A program made the translations under genes and the position numbers. The notes beneath the pieces were generated by a model, which was not told the origin of the DNA, made no database searches, and saw only the letters and a list, made by a program, of their open reading frames with translations. From contig CAJKNM010000001.1 in NCBI GenBank assembly GCA_905201285.1, positions 4,042-68,041 on the forward strand: DNA of 64,000 bases, in the 5' to 3' direction. The DNA comes from an uncultured Eubacteriales bacterium. Lineage in GTDB: Bacteria; Bacillota; Clostridia; Monoglobales; Monoglobaceae. Shown here in pieces: positions 1 through 10,131 of this stretch. The first letter of the stretch is position 1. Each line of letters starts with the position of its first letter.

Positions 1-308
1 ATAATATCAAATGACTTGTCAGAATACGGCAGGCAGAACATATCCAGTACCGAAAAATGCAGTTTTGCGGAGCGGCTGCTTCGCTTTGCCTCTCTGATCA
101 TTTCTTCCGAGGAGTCTGTTGCTTCAATGTGCTTTGCGGCGCCTGCGATATTTTTTGCGATAAGTCCCGTTCCCGTTGCAAGCTCCAGAACCATCTTGCC
201 CTTAACAACGGGCCGAATCAGTTCATACAGCTTTTCGTATGCTGCCCGGTCTTTGCGCATAAATCTGTCATACAGACCGGCATTTCTGTCCCAAAAATTC
301 TTTTTCAT
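1..308 (-). CDS. Class I SAM-dependent methyltransferase, N-terminal part (gene runs off the window edge)
   Basis: Manual reverse translation from ATG at 308: MKKNFWDRNAGLYDRFMRKDRAAYEKLYELIRPVVKGKMVLELATGTGLIAKNI... with motif I VLELATGTG. AAGGAG RBS upstream. Absent from the ORF track because it is truncated by the window edge. Confidence 0.75.
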   Translation of the reverse strand, partial: MKKNFWDRNAGLYDRFMRKDRAAYEKLYELIRPVVKGKMVLELATGTGLIAKNIAGAAKHIEATDSSEEMIREAKRSSRSAKLHFSVLDMFCLPYSDKSFDI

Positions 309-348
309 ACCGTTTCGCTCCTTAAAAACCGCATCTTACGGCCGTCAA

Positions 349-2076
349 TCACACCGTCCAGCTTTGTCCCGTAAGTTGAAGGTCGGACATCCTTTTAAAT
401 ATTCCGTCTTTGTGAATAAGCTCATTAGGGGTGCCTTGTTCCGCAACAACGCCGTCCGACAAAACGACGATTTTATCCGCTCCGGCAACCGTTCTCATTC
501 GGTGTGCGATAATAAGAACCGTTTTATTTTTTATAAGCCTTGAAAGCGCAGTCTGTATTGCCGTTTCGTTTTCAACATCAAGACTTGCCGTTGCTTCATC
601 CAAAAGTATGATCGGAGCATCTTTAAGAAAAGCTCTTGCAATGGAAATTCTCTGACGTTCGCCGCCCGACAGCTCACAGCCGTTTTCACCGATATTCGTA
701 TTCCATTTGTCGGGAAGCTTTTCGGCGAATTCATCGCAGTTTGCAAGGCGTGCCGCCGCCAAAACCTCCTCATCGGTCGCTCCTTTTCTTCCGAGCCTGA
801 TATTTTCCATAATCGTATTATCAAACAGCGTAACGTCCTGAAACACAATGGAATAAAGCGTCATAAGCGTTTCGGGATCAATCTTTGAAATATCCGCTCC
901 GCCGACAGTGATTTTTCCTTTTTGATTATCCCAAAACCGTACCGCAAGCCGGGACACGGTCGTTTTTCCGCCGCCGGAGGGACCGACAAGTGCGGTCACC
1001 TCGCCCTGCTTTGCTGTAAATGACACGTCCTTAAGTACGGTTTCGCCGCTGTTGTATGAAAATCCCACATGGTCAAAGACAATATCACAGCCGTTGTTTG
1101 TGAGCGTATCGCTCCCTGTCTGAACGGGGTAATCGAAAATTTCGTTCATTCTCGCAACGTTCGTGCGCATCGCAATGATTGCCGCAAGATTCAAAAGCGA
1201 GCCCTGCATCGGGTCGTAGAGCCTTGACGCCACAAGCAAAAACATAAAAAACGTAAGCACATTGAGATTTCCTTTTGTAAGCAGAACCGAGCCGGTAAGC
1301 GCAACCGAAGCAATACCGAGTTTGAGTATCATACTTGCGCCCGTTACAAATATTGCGGTGGTAATCTCTGTTTTTATGTTCTGGCTCTCTACCCTGCGAA
1401 TCTTCTTTTTCAAAAGCCTGAGATAATTTTCCTCGGCATTGTTTGCCTTTAAGTCGCGCACCGACTCGATATATTCCTGTATCCCGTCCGCACAAGCCAT
1501 TTTTACCGCCATATTTTTCGATTGCGCTCTGTCCTGAACCTTATAGCTCAGAAGCACTGTCAGTACGGAAACTGGGATTACCCAAAGTGCGGACAACGCC
1601 ATACGCCAATCAAACACGAACATTCCCGCCGAAATAATCACCGTTGAGATAATCGAACCGAACAAGCCGGGAATAAAATGAGAGGAACTTTGTTCAATAA
1701 CCTGGCAATCTGCCATAATGGTGCTCGTAAGATCGGCAAGATCTTTTTTACCAAAGAATGAAAGCGGCAGTCTGCGTAATCTTTCGGCAAGGCTCAACCG
1801 TCTTTTTCCGCTTTCTTCGTATGTTGTAAAATAAGTGTTGTTATATTGAAACCATGTTGTAAGAAGTATCAGTCCGATGCAAACAACCGATCCTGCTGCG
1901 TAAAATGCGATTCTGCCGCCGATAGCGCCGCCGAGCATATCCGCAACAATATAATACAGCAAGGCGGCAGGCAGCATAAACGCTATATTTTGAAATACGC
2001 AGGCGATGATTCCTTTAACAAGTCCCTTTGCGCCTTCTTTTGATGACGCTGTTGCTCTTTGTATCAGCTTTATCAT
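349..2076 (-). CDS. ABC transporter permease/ATP-binding protein (type I exporter half-transporter)
   Basis: 575 aa. N-terminal 6-TM region, Walker A GPSGGGKTT, signature LSGGERQR, Walker B IILLDEATASLD. Confidence 0.9.
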   Translation of the reverse strand: MIKLIQRATASSKEGAKGLVKGIIACVFQNIAFMLPAALLYYIVADMLGGAIGGRIAFYAAGSVVCIGLILLTTWFQYNNTYFTTYEESGKRRLSLAERLRRLPLSFFGKKDLADLTSTIMADCQVIEQSSSHFIPGLFGSIISTVIISAGMFVFDWRMALSALWVIPVSVLTVLLSYKVQDRAQSKNMAVKMACADGIQEYIESVRDLKANNAEENYLRLLKKKIRRVESQNIKTEITTAIFVTGASMILKLGIASVALTGSVLLTKGNLNVLTFFMFLLVASRLYDPMQGSLLNLAAIIAMRTNVARMNEIFDYPVQTGSDTLTNNGCDIVFDHVGFSYNSGETVLKDVSFTAKQGEVTALVGPSGGGKTTVSRLAVRFWDNQKGKITVGGADISKIDPETLMTLYSIVFQDVTLFDNTIMENIRLGRKGATDEEVLAAARLANCDEFAEKLPDKWNTNIGENGCELSGGERQRISIARAFLKDAPIILLDEATASLDVENETAIQTALSRLIKNKTVLIIAHRMRTVAGADKIVVLSDGVVAEQGTPNELIHKDGIFKRMSDLQLTGQSWTV

Positions 2077-2079
2077 AAT

Positions 2080-3861
2080 TCATCCCTCCAATGCCGTTTC
2101 GTTTGAAACCTTCCATTTAACGGAAGATTTATAGTCGTTTTGCATCTTTGCATACAAGCCGTTCTTTTTCATAAGCTCGTTGTGCGTCCCGCTTTCAACG
2201 ATTTTCCCATCCGCAATCACATAAATACAATCTGCATTTTGAACGGTCGAGAGCCTGTGTGCAATCATAATAACGGTTTTTCCTTTGGAAAGCTCCGAAA
2301 AAGCCGCCTGCACCTTAACCTCGTTATCGGGATCGGCAAAAGCCGTAGCCTCGTCAAGAATAAGAACAGGTGCATTTTTAAGCACCGCTCTGGCAATCGT
2401 GAGCCGTTGCTGTTCGCCGCCGGAAAGATACACGCCTTTTGTGCCGATTACGGTATTGATTCCGTTCGGTAATTTTTCTATAATATCGTCGCAGCGTGCC
2501 ATTTTAAGCGCCTCGGCAACTTCGAGGTCGCTTGCATCGGGCTTGCCCATTTTGACGTTTTCCGAAACAGTCGCCTTAATAAGCTTCGAGTCCTGAAACA
2601 CAAACGAAACGCTTTCCATAAGTTTTTCCTTCGGAATATTGCGGATATCCGAGCCGCCTATTTTTATACTGCCGCCCTTTACATCGAAGAAACGGGCAAT
2701 CAGGCTTGCAAGCGTGGATTTTCCGCCGCCGGAGGGCCCTACAAAGGCAACCGTCTGTCCGGCGCCGATATTCATTGAAACACCTCGGATTACTTCTTTT
2801 TTGCCGTCATAGGAGAAATGTACATCAGAAAGAGTAACGGAGGAATCCTTCGGATATTCTTTTTTTTCGCTCTCCGGCATAAATGCGGCGCTTAAAACTC
2901 CGTCCACACGAGAAAGAGCGTCGCTTACAATCATACCGTCCTCGCTCATAAACATAATTCTTGTCAGCGTAAGCGAAATAACCGGTGTAATTATGATGTA
3001 GAATATGAGGTTTAGCAAAAATTCGTTTGTCACGCCGTTTGCACTAAACCATAAAGCACCGGCAATCAGAAAAGCAAATACTCCGTTTGCTGCCGCAGTG
3101 TAAATCATCATCGGCACACGCAAATCTTTGGTGTAGGCGATAACCCATTTTTCGTATTCGTCAATCGTGCCTTTGAATTTTTTGAAAGAAAATACCGATT
3201 GTCCGAATGTTTTTACCACGGGTATGCCGCGGACATATTCCACCGCCTCATTGGACATATTCTCCAGAGCGTTGTTATATTGCTTCATTTTTTCCGCCAT
3301 TCGTTTTCCCGTCATGGCAGACATAATCAAAAATGCAATAAATACCGGGACAAGGCTTAAAAGTCCCAGCCGCCAATCGAATACCAGGAGCATTGCAAGA
3401 AGTCCCAGAGGCGTTGCGATTGCCGCATATTTGTCGGGGAGGCGGTGAGCAAGATAAGTTTCCGCCGCACCGGTGGAATCGTTTACGATTTTTCTGAGCC
3501 TTCCGCTGCCAAAGCTGTCAACAAAGCCAAGCGGTAGCTTTGCGATATGTTCGGCAAGATCTATTCTCATATTTGTCGCTATTCTGAATGCGGCAATGTG
3601 TGAGCACATTAGTCCGCCGGTGTAAACAAGAAATGACAAAAAGGCAAAAACCACAGCCCAAATGCCGTTGCTTACGATGTTCACCGCCTCCGAAAAGTTC
3701 GGCGAAACCTCCAAAACCTCTTTGATGATTTTCCATATGTACCAAAACGGCACAAGCGCAATAAGCGCACTGACGGCAGACAGAATCCACGAGGCATAGG
3801 TGAAATTCCTGTACCTGCCCGCATAGGATAAAAGCCGTGATAAATTTGATTGCTTTTTCAA
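2080..3861 (-). CDS. ABC transporter permease/ATP-binding protein (partner half-transporter)
   Basis: 593 aa. GPSGGGKST, LSGGEQQR, VLILDEATAFAD. 3-nt gap to the downstream ABC gene, so heterodimeric exporter operon. TTG start with AGGAGG upstream. Confidence 0.9.
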   Translation of the reverse strand: MKKQSNLSRLLSYAGRYRNFTYASWILSAVSALIALVPFWYIWKIIKEVLEVSPNFSEAVNIVSNGIWAVVFAFLSFLVYTGGLMCSHIAAFRIATNMRIDLAEHIAKLPLGFVDSFGSGRLRKIVNDSTGAAETYLAHRLPDKYAAIATPLGLLAMLLVFDWRLGLLSLVPVFIAFLIMSAMTGKRMAEKMKQYNNALENMSNEAVEYVRGIPVVKTFGQSVFSFKKFKGTIDEYEKWVIAYTKDLRVPMMIYTAAANGVFAFLIAGALWFSANGVTNEFLLNLIFYIIITPVISLTLTRIMFMSEDGMIVSDALSRVDGVLSAAFMPESEKKEYPKDSSVTLSDVHFSYDGKKEVIRGVSMNIGAGQTVAFVGPSGGGKSTLASLIARFFDVKGGSIKIGGSDIRNIPKEKLMESVSFVFQDSKLIKATVSENVKMGKPDASDLEVAEALKMARCDDIIEKLPNGINTVIGTKGVYLSGGEQQRLTIARAVLKNAPVLILDEATAFADPDNEVKVQAAFSELSKGKTVIMIAHRLSTVQNADCIYVIADGKIVESGTHNELMKKNGLYAKMQNDYKSSVKWKVSNETALEG

Positions 3862-3937
3862 AACAAATTCCTCCTTACAGCAATTTTAATTATATGATAA
3901 AGAAAAGCTGCTTGACTTTTCCGATATCCGTAGTGTA

Positions 3938-3953
3938 GTTAGACAAGGCTAAC
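3938..3953. promoter_or_regulatory. GTTAG-N6-CTAAC palindrome (copy 1), between tetR stop and ABC operon start
   Basis: GTTAGACAAGGCTAAC read directly. Same half-sites and spacing as three copies at 10.9-11.2 kb. Confidence 0.45.
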
Positions 3954-3975
3954 CATTATTCCAAAAAATCAGGGG

Positions 3976-4593
3976 CTAAAACCCCATAATTTTTTTCCAC
4001 CCGGCAGCGTAAAAGGCTCTTAATTCCTCGGTGTATTTTACGGCGTCTTTATAGGGAATATCGTGAATAATAACCTCAAAGAATGCCGAAAACAATCCGC
4101 TTACAAGCATATGCTCAAGCGTCGGGTCAATCTCATATTCTGGATAACCGAGCTTTTGCATGGTGTACGCAAATTTATGCGTTGCGTCAACCTCTATTTC
4201 CACCATTTCGTGAATTAGGTTTTCGTATTTTGTACCCTCGGACGAACAAAGAATCAGCTTGAATTTCTCTTTGCCGGCATAACAGTAATCCAGCATTTCA
4301 CGCATTCCGTTACCGGCTTCGCTGTCCATTTTTTCACGCTGCTCCTTCGGCGAAAGCTTTTGAAAATAACCTTGGACTTTCTTAAACATAGCAAGAATCG
4401 TATCGTAGCATTCGCCGACAAGGGCGTCAAACAATTCCTCCTTGCTTTTATAATAGCCGTAAAACGCACCCGTAGTTACGCCTGCGTCTTTTACGATTTT
4501 GCGCAGAGAGGCGGATTGAAAACCTTTTTCGGAAAATTCCTTTTTTGCCGCAGACAGAATTGCGTCAAGTGTACTTATTTCATTATCAGCCAT
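3976..4593 (-). CDS. TetR/AcrR family transcriptional regulator
   Basis: 205 aa. N-terminal HTH ILSAAKKEFSEKGFQSASLRKIVKDAGVTTGAFYGYYKSKEELF is typical of the TetR_N domain. Confidence 0.9.
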   Translation of the reverse strand: MADNEISTLDAILSAAKKEFSEKGFQSASLRKIVKDAGVTTGAFYGYYKSKEELFDALVGECYDTILAMFKKVQGYFQKLSPKEQREKMDSEAGNGMREMLDYCYAGKEKFKLILCSSEGTKYENLIHEMVEIEVDATHKFAYTMQKLGYPEYEIDPTLEHMLVSGLFSAFFEVIIHDIPYKDAVKYTEELRAFYAAGWKKIMGF

Positions 4594-4616
4594 TATTTCC
4601 CCTCCGAAAAGCTATA

Positions 4617-4651
4617 TATAACACCGTTACATTTATTATAACAGTGTTATA
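4617..4651. promoter_or_regulatory. 13-bp inverted repeat upstream of tetR (probable autoregulatory operator)
   Basis: TATAACACCGTTA-N9-TAACAGTGTTATA (12/13 complementary), 24 nt upstream of the tetR start codon. Confidence 0.5.
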
Positions 4652-4736
4652 ACATCTTGTCAATAGGTTTTGAAAAATTTTTTGATTTTTATTTTTCGGG
4701 GTGCCGAGCATTGTGTTTGACTTGACAGCGAAAGCC

Positions 4737-4784
4737 TAAAAAGATGGTGTGGCAAATGAATTCATTTGCCACACCATCTTTTTA
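4737..4784. terminator. Bidirectional rho-independent terminator
   Basis: 40-nt perfect palindrome AAGATGGTGTGGCAAATGAATTCATTTGCCACACCATCTT flanked by A-run and T-run, directly after the stop of the SLH gene. Confidence 0.75.
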
Positions 4785-4793
4785 AGAGTTAGA

Positions 4794-5963
4794 TTATACC
4801 TGATTCTGTTCGGATTGTTCTATATTATCAATGTAATCCAAAAGCCGCATCATAACAGAAGCAAGCTGAGCGCGTGTTAAATTTCCTTTTGGCTCAATAA
4901 GCCCGTTGTCATGACCTTTTATAAGACCCATTTCATAACATATTGCCATACTTAGTTTTGCATAATCGGAAATATGTGTATAATCACTGTGCCTTTTAAT
5001 TTCATCGGAGTCGCCGGGCAATGCAATATCCTTATAGTTAAGATAACGCACTATCATTGCCGAAAGCTGCTCACGTGTAACAAAATTATCCGGAGCAAAT
5101 TCAGTTTTGCCGATACCTTTTACAATACCGTTTTTTGAACCCCAGGAAACATAATCCGCATAGTATTTATCTGCCGTAACATCGGTAAATGCCGATACTG
5201 TGCCTTCTATGCTGTCTTTTGAAAATCTTCCGAGAACCGTAATCGCCATTGCTCTTGTGACCGATCCCTCGGGGTCAAAAAGTGTATCCGAAATACCGGT
5301 AAATAATCCCGCTTTTACACAACCGTAAATATCGTTTTTTGCCCAATGTCCGTCAATATCAGTGAAATTTTTATCCGAATAAGATTTTGATGTATCCGGC
5401 AGGGTTATGTCGGGTTTTTTTATACCGCTGCCTGTGCCAAAACCTCCGCCGGAGGATGAGCCGCCTCCCGGCGAACCGCTTGAACGGGTTATGGTTACGG
5501 TGAACGGTTTTGACGAAGTGTCACCGTTTGTTTTGTTGTGTTCATCAACTGTCACAATCTTTGATTCAATCAATGAAATAGTTCTTTCGGCACTCCCGTT
5601 GTATGAATAGTTCAGCGTTGCTATTTTTTGCTTTCCGGCACTGTATTTATTTGTGTTTGAAAAAAAGCCGAAATAGAGACAGCCGTCTTTTACAGTCTGT
5701 ACTTTGGACTCGTTTTTCAATTCATCCGTCAAAGCAAGTGATGAAAATTCCACATCGCTTTGTGAAGGTTTTATACCGAATTCAGCCCCGGCAAATGCGG
5801 TGTCGGTTTCCAAATAAATATCAAAAGAAATGACCTTATCATTTTTACCGAGAGTAATACTTGTATTTGACGGAGTTATTTGTGCCGCATATGCAGAAAA
5901 AGAAGAAAAGCAAAAACAAAGAGCCGCACTCGCTGTCAGCAGTTTTTTTGTTAATCTGTTCAT
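4794..5963 (-). CDS. Cell-surface anchoring protein: signal peptide, cohesin-like module, Gly/Ser linker, three SLH repeats
   Basis: Start moved to MNRLTKKLL (AAGGAGG RBS). Signal peptide ...SFSAYAAQ. Linker SSGSPGGGSSSGGGFGTGSG. Three SLH-type repeats (FTDIDGHWAKNDI..., FTDVTADKYYADYV..., ISDYAKLSMAICYEMGLIKG...TRAQLASVMMRLL). Confidence 0.75.
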   Translation of the reverse strand: MNRLTKKLLTASAALCFCFSSFSAYAAQITPSNTSITLGKNDKVISFDIYLETDTAFAGAEFGIKPSQSDVEFSSLALTDELKNESKVQTVKDGCLYFGFFSNTNKYSAGKQKIATLNYSYNGSAERTISLIESKIVTVDEHNKTNGDTSSKPFTVTITRSSGSPGGGSSSGGGFGTGSGIKKPDITLPDTSKSYSDKNFTDIDGHWAKNDIYGCVKAGLFTGISDTLFDPEGSVTRAMAITVLGRFSKDSIEGTVSAFTDVTADKYYADYVSWGSKNGIVKGIGKTEFAPDNFVTREQLSAMIVRYLNYKDIALPGDSDEIKRHSDYTHISDYAKLSMAICYEMGLIKGHDNGLIEPKGNLTRAQLASVMMRLLDYIDNIEQSEQNQV

Positions 5964-6021
5964 AATATCCTCCTTGCTGTGCAGGGCTGTATCCAATATA
6001 CAGCCCTGCAAAATATGTAGA

Positions 6022-8475
6022 TTATTTTGTATAGTTCAGCCAAATTGCCATATAATCCTCTATGTCAATTTTTTGGTCGCCGTTAAAGTCGCAGTTTGAT
6101 GCGTCATTCCAGTTTGTGCTGTTTTTATCGGCACGATAATAAAGCTGTGCTTCGGTAATGTCTAAAAGGTCAACCTTTCCGTCGCCGTTTACATCATAAG
6201 TGAGCGCATCGGTAAATGTTGCCTCAGCCGGGTTGATTCCGTTTACAGTACCGTACATTACGTTTTTGCCCGAATCCCAACCCGATACCTTTAAATCAGT
6301 GATTTTCAGCGTTGCGTTTTCCGCATTCACCGTTATTTTTGCAATTTCAGCCGATTTGTCGGATGAAAACAGATTTGCGTCAGTATTTAAAAATCCCAGT
6401 ATTGCCATACCCGTATATTTACCGTCGTTTACTTCGCCGCTAATATCACCGATAATGGTAAACCCATTATCACCGATGATTTTAACGTCAGCGGTTGAGG
6501 TTTCAAATGTCAGCTGAACATTCGCAATTCTTGAAGCCTCGGAAAGCGAAAATGTGAAATATGATTTGCCTTTTTCAGCCGCAATTTTGTCAGCCGCCAG
6601 TGATGCTTTGGTTTCTATATTTTCTTTTTCGGGTTTGGTTGAGTCGGACTCCGTAACGGTTATCGTGCAATATGCGCTGATTCCGTTTGCCGCTGTTGCT
6701 GTGATTTTTGCACTTCCTGCTGAAACTGCATTTACAACGCCTTTGTTGTCAACCGTCGCAACGGCGATGTTCGAGCTTTCCCAAGTGACGGATTTATTTG
6801 CCGCCGTTTGAGGCAATACCGTTGCAGACAGCTGAAGCTTGTCGCCTTTTTTCATGGATGCGGAGGTTTTATTAAGCGTCACCTTTGTCACTTCATCATT
6901 ATTTCCGCCCGATATGGATGAATCGATTACCGCAAAATATCCCAGGCCGTCAGTCTGTACGGTAAATGTTTTGCTTACCATTGATGACGCAATCTCAGAG
7001 ACTTCGCCGTCGGCGTAAGAATACAGTTTTGCATTTTTTGAGTAACCGTCGGGCAGTCCGACGCTTACAGTGTAGCTACCCGCACCGTTGTCCGGAGTTG
7101 TCGAAATTTTGTATACACGCAAAGCTCCGTTGGAAGACTTCGCACTTAAGGCGTTATATTCATCGCCCGAATAAATTTCTTCCGCTATAAGATGTGAGTT
7201 AATCGGAAATTCACCCTCAACTTTGATTTTTTTATCAAGATTAATTAAATAAAAACTTCCTGCATTTATGGAGTCGAGATTCGACACATCGGGGAGGACT
7301 TCGTAGTTATATCCCCAGTCCGCAACATTGTTTACCGCCCAGCGTTCACCGCTCGAGCCTTTTTCAACATAAACCACCAATGATTTCGGGCTGTCGGGAA
7401 ACATATTGTAAGGCCCTACGGTATCATCGCCCGGAAAGCCCGTAACACTTGGCGGAATAACGACTCTTTGCAGATTTGTGCAGCCCTCAAATGCTGCAAG
7501 CGTTATATTCACGATTCCGTCGGGAAGAACCAGATTTGTAAGCGATTTGCAGTCTGTAAAGGCATACATTTCGATATTTGTTGCCGAGTCGGGAAAGTCT
7601 ATCGAAGAAAGACTTGTGCACCCTTTGAACAGGCTGTGAGAAATACTTGTCATACCTTTTGGAAGTTTTATATGTGTAAGCTTGGTGCAATCTTCAAACA
7701 CGCCTGAGTCAAGTTTTTCTACGGTGTCGGGAACGGTGACATCGGTCAGTCCTGTTTTTTCAAAAGCGTTGCCTCCTATGATTTTTATCGTTTCGGGTAT
7801 ATCGATATCGGTCAGATTTTCGGCGCAGTTAAATGCGCTTGCCCAAATTCGATCTACCGTTCTGCCGTTTACCTGCTCCGGTATTGTGTACCCGCCCTCT
7901 CTGCCACTTGGATAGGCTGTCAGAGTCAGGTTGGGATCATCATACTGCGGAGTACCGTTATCTACCCACGGTCCAAACATGACGCCGTTTTCGTCTGTGA
8001 CGTAGTATGGATTTTGTGGGTGAACCGTTATTTTGTCCATACTTGTGCAACCTTTGAATACATTTGCGGTTACATAGGTTGCCACCGCTGGAATTTCGCA
8101 TTCGGTCAGTTTGGGGCAATTTGCAAAGGCACTCAGACGGATAATCATATCCGCTCCGTCGGTCGGGTCTTCAAAAATTATTCGTTCAAGCTCTGTGCAG
8201 CCCTCAAATGCGTGATAGCCGATAACCTGAACACTGCCCGGAATTGTTACACTGGTAACATTATCGTTGTTTAAAAACGCTTCACCCGCAATTACGGTGA
8301 CGGTATCGGGTATTTTAATATCTCCGCCGTTTCCGTAGTAGCCAAGAAGCTCGCCGTCCTTTATGTTTGCGCCGATCAGTCCGTCGTTTCCTGCGGACAC
8401 GCTGACGGTCAAACCCATCAGCATAGCCGCAATGATTGTCAGCGCAGATAGTTTTTTTAGAATTTTACTTTTCAT
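6022..8475 (-). CDS. Secreted BspA-type leucine-rich-repeat protein with Big_2, cohesin-like and C-terminal dockerin modules
   Basis: 817 aa. Signal peptide. Repeated IP..V..IG..AF..C..L LRR_5 units. Big_2 (VTKVTLNKTSASMKKGDKLQLSATVLP...ITV). Tail YDVNGDGKVDLLDITEAQLYY...DFNGDQKIDIEDYMAIWLNY is a duplicated Ca-binding dockerin. Confidence 0.8.
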   Translation of the reverse strand: MKSKILKKLSALTIIAAMLMGLTVSVSAGNDGLIGANIKDGELLGYYGNGGDIKIPDTVTVIAGEAFLNNDNVTSVTIPGSVQVIGYHAFEGCTELERIIFEDPTDGADMIIRLSAFANCPKLTECEIPAVATYVTANVFKGCTSMDKITVHPQNPYYVTDENGVMFGPWVDNGTPQYDDPNLTLTAYPSGREGGYTIPEQVNGRTVDRIWASAFNCAENLTDIDIPETIKIIGGNAFEKTGLTDVTVPDTVEKLDSGVFEDCTKLTHIKLPKGMTSISHSLFKGCTSLSSIDFPDSATNIEMYAFTDCKSLTNLVLPDGIVNITLAAFEGCTNLQRVVIPPSVTGFPGDDTVGPYNMFPDSPKSLVVYVEKGSSGERWAVNNVADWGYNYEVLPDVSNLDSINAGSFYLINLDKKIKVEGEFPINSHLIAEEIYSGDEYNALSAKSSNGALRVYKISTTPDNGAGSYTVSVGLPDGYSKNAKLYSYADGEVSEIASSMVSKTFTVQTDGLGYFAVIDSSISGGNNDEVTKVTLNKTSASMKKGDKLQLSATVLPQTAANKSVTWESSNIAVATVDNKGVVNAVSAGSAKITATAANGISAYCTITVTESDSTKPEKENIETKASLAADKIAAEKGKSYFTFSLSEASRIANVQLTFETSTADVKIIGDNGFTIIGDISGEVNDGKYTGMAILGFLNTDANLFSSDKSAEIAKITVNAENATLKITDLKVSGWDSGKNVMYGTVNGINPAEATFTDALTYDVNGDGKVDLLDITEAQLYYRADKNSTNWNDASNCDFNGDQKIDIEDYMAIWLNYTK
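6025..6204 (-). other. Dockerin module (two F-hand repeats)
   Basis: DVNGDGKVDLLD and DFNGDQKIDIED loops separated by a Trp-containing linker STNWNDAS. Confidence 0.75.
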
Positions 8476-8487
8476 ATCTACTCCTTA

Positions 8488-10116
8488 TTAGAAATCGCTT
8501 AAGTTGTTGAATATTGCTATGTAGTCCTCAATGTCAACTTTGTTATCGCCGTTTACATCCATAGCTTTTGCCGTTTCCCAGTTTGTATCTGATGAGGTTG
8601 CCTGATAATATCTTTGTGCCTCGGTAATATCAATAATATCAACTTTGTTATCGCCGTTTACATCATAGCTCGGAACAAAAATGCTTGTCGAGGGTGCGGT
8701 GATTGTAACTGTGCCGTTCATAGCCGACTCCTCCTCACTGACAATGCCCGCTGCCTTAAAATCTGATATATCCGCTGTGATATTGCCTTTTGCACCGACT
8801 TTTAACGGAACGGAGATTTCGGCAAGTTTTGTTTTATTAGCGGAAGAGAAGCCTGTAACATTGCCCGTAATACCTAAGTATGCTTTTAATACAAGTTTGC
8901 CGTTTTCTTCTGACCATACAGATGTTCCGCCTATGAATTTATCGTTTGTTGAAACGATTTCTCCTTTGGCGACCTTTGATGAATCAAAAGATACCTTTAA
9001 AAGAACAGTATTAACATTCTCCGCACTGTCGAGATAAATGTTGTAAACAGCTTTTCCGTCTGTTATTTTATCCGCCTCGATTGAAACTGCTGCCGAAACT
9101 GTCTTAACGTCTGGTTCTGCGCCCGCAACGGCAATCTTTGTATTTTCGGGTGTATAATACTTTGTGTACGGTGAGGTTGATTCAAAAGCCTTGGCAACAT
9201 CTTCATTTTTTACAATTACCTTGCTGCCCGCTTTCATCTCGGTGCACACCTCGGAGCCGAGCGACGGAGCGGTTTCGTGTTCAAGTATAATTTCCTCGAT
9301 TGCCTTCATGCCGTTAAACGCATACCGCGCAATGCCTGTTACCGTTTGAGGAACCGTGATTTTCTTTAATGTTCCGTTTTCCTTAAATAACTGCGGACCG
9401 ATTTCGGTAACGGTCTTGCCATTGACAGAACCCGGAATTGTAAACTCCGTCTCCTGCTTGCCAAACGGATATGCAGTCATAACGGCGCCCTCTCCGCTTA
9501 CATCATACAAAATATTACCGTCAGACGCAAAATTTTCCGAACCGTCTGCAACGGATATAGATGTCAACGATGTGCAGCCGCGCAGAAAGTTGTTGTCTAC
9601 CGAGCTTAACTGTTTCGGTAATTCTATAGACGTCAGCGATGTGCAGCCGGCAAAAACATCATTTCTGAACCTCAGCGAGGATTCGTCGCTCCCGGCAAAT
9701 GTCACAGTTTCAAGTTTTGGGCAATCTTTAAATGCCGAAGCTGCAATCATTGACATAGTCCCCGGTATTGACACGCCCTTTAAATTCGGGCAATTTGCAA
9801 ATGCGTTCAAAGATACGGTATCATATCCTTCCGAAATTACAACATCTGTAATAATTTCGTTTGCTGTAAATGCCGCACCTACCGATGTTATCGCATATTC
9901 CGTTTCGCCAAACTTTGCAGTTGTCGGAAGTGTAATTTTGCCGTCGGTTCCTGTATATTTTGCAATACTTACTTTAAGCGAAGATCCGTATCCGCTTTTT
10001 TCTACAGTAAAATCCCCCACATCAACCGTTGCCGCATTCGCACCGACAGCGCTTATTCCCATAAGCATAACTGCCGAGCACATTGTTATCATTGCTTTTT
10101 TAAATAAATTTTTCAT
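8488..10116 (-). CDS. Secreted BspA-type leucine-rich-repeat protein with cohesin-like and C-terminal dockerin modules
   Basis: 542 aa. Signal peptide. LRR_5 repeats. Module ...LKAYLGITGNVTGFSSANKTKLAEISVPL... paralogous to the 258-aa protein. Tail YDVNGDNKVDIIDITEAQRYY...DVNGDNKVDIEDYIAIFNNL. Confidence 0.8.
   Translation of the reverse strand: MKNLFKKAMITMCSAVMLMGISAVGANAATVDVGDFTVEKSGYGSSLKVSIAKYTGTDGKITLPTTAKFGETEYAITSVGAAFTANEIITDVVISEGYDTVSLNAFANCPNLKGVSIPGTMSMIAASAFKDCPKLETVTFAGSDESSLRFRNDVFAGCTSLTSIELPKQLSSVDNNFLRGCTSLTSISVADGSENFASDGNILYDVSGEGAVMTAYPFGKQETEFTIPGSVNGKTVTEIGPQLFKENGTLKKITVPQTVTGIARYAFNGMKAIEEIILEHETAPSLGSEVCTEMKAGSKVIVKNEDVAKAFESTSPYTKYYTPENTKIAVAGAEPDVKTVSAAVSIEADKITDGKAVYNIYLDSAENVNTVLLKVSFDSSKVAKGEIVSTNDKFIGGTSVWSEENGKLVLKAYLGITGNVTGFSSANKTKLAEISVPLKVGAKGNITADISDFKAAGIVSEEESAMNGTVTITAPSTSIFVPSYDVNGDNKVDIIDITEAQRYYQATSSDTNWETAKAMDVNGDNKVDIEDYIAIFNNLSDF
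8491..8667 (-). other. Dockerin module
   Basis: DVNGDNKVDIID and DVNGDNKVDIED loops. Linker DTNWETAK. Confidence 0.75.
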
Positions 10117-10131
10117 AGCCTAATCTCCATT

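Noticed and set aside
16-543. 175-aa and 105-aa plus-strand ORFs at the window start.
   Set aside because: The minus strand here encodes a clear SAM-methyltransferase N-terminus (1-308) and the C-terminus of the ABC ATPase (from 349). The plus-strand translations are low-complexity, with no motifs.
9356-10123. 255-aa plus-strand ORF (similar long antisense ORFs at 8681-9037, 10304-10765, 26631-27191, 38334-38831, 43653-44171, 55586-56350 and 57080-57583).
   Set aside because: Each lies entirely inside a well-supported gene on the opposite strand. None has an RBS or a recognisable motif, and the composition is typical of antisense frames. They are shadow ORFs.
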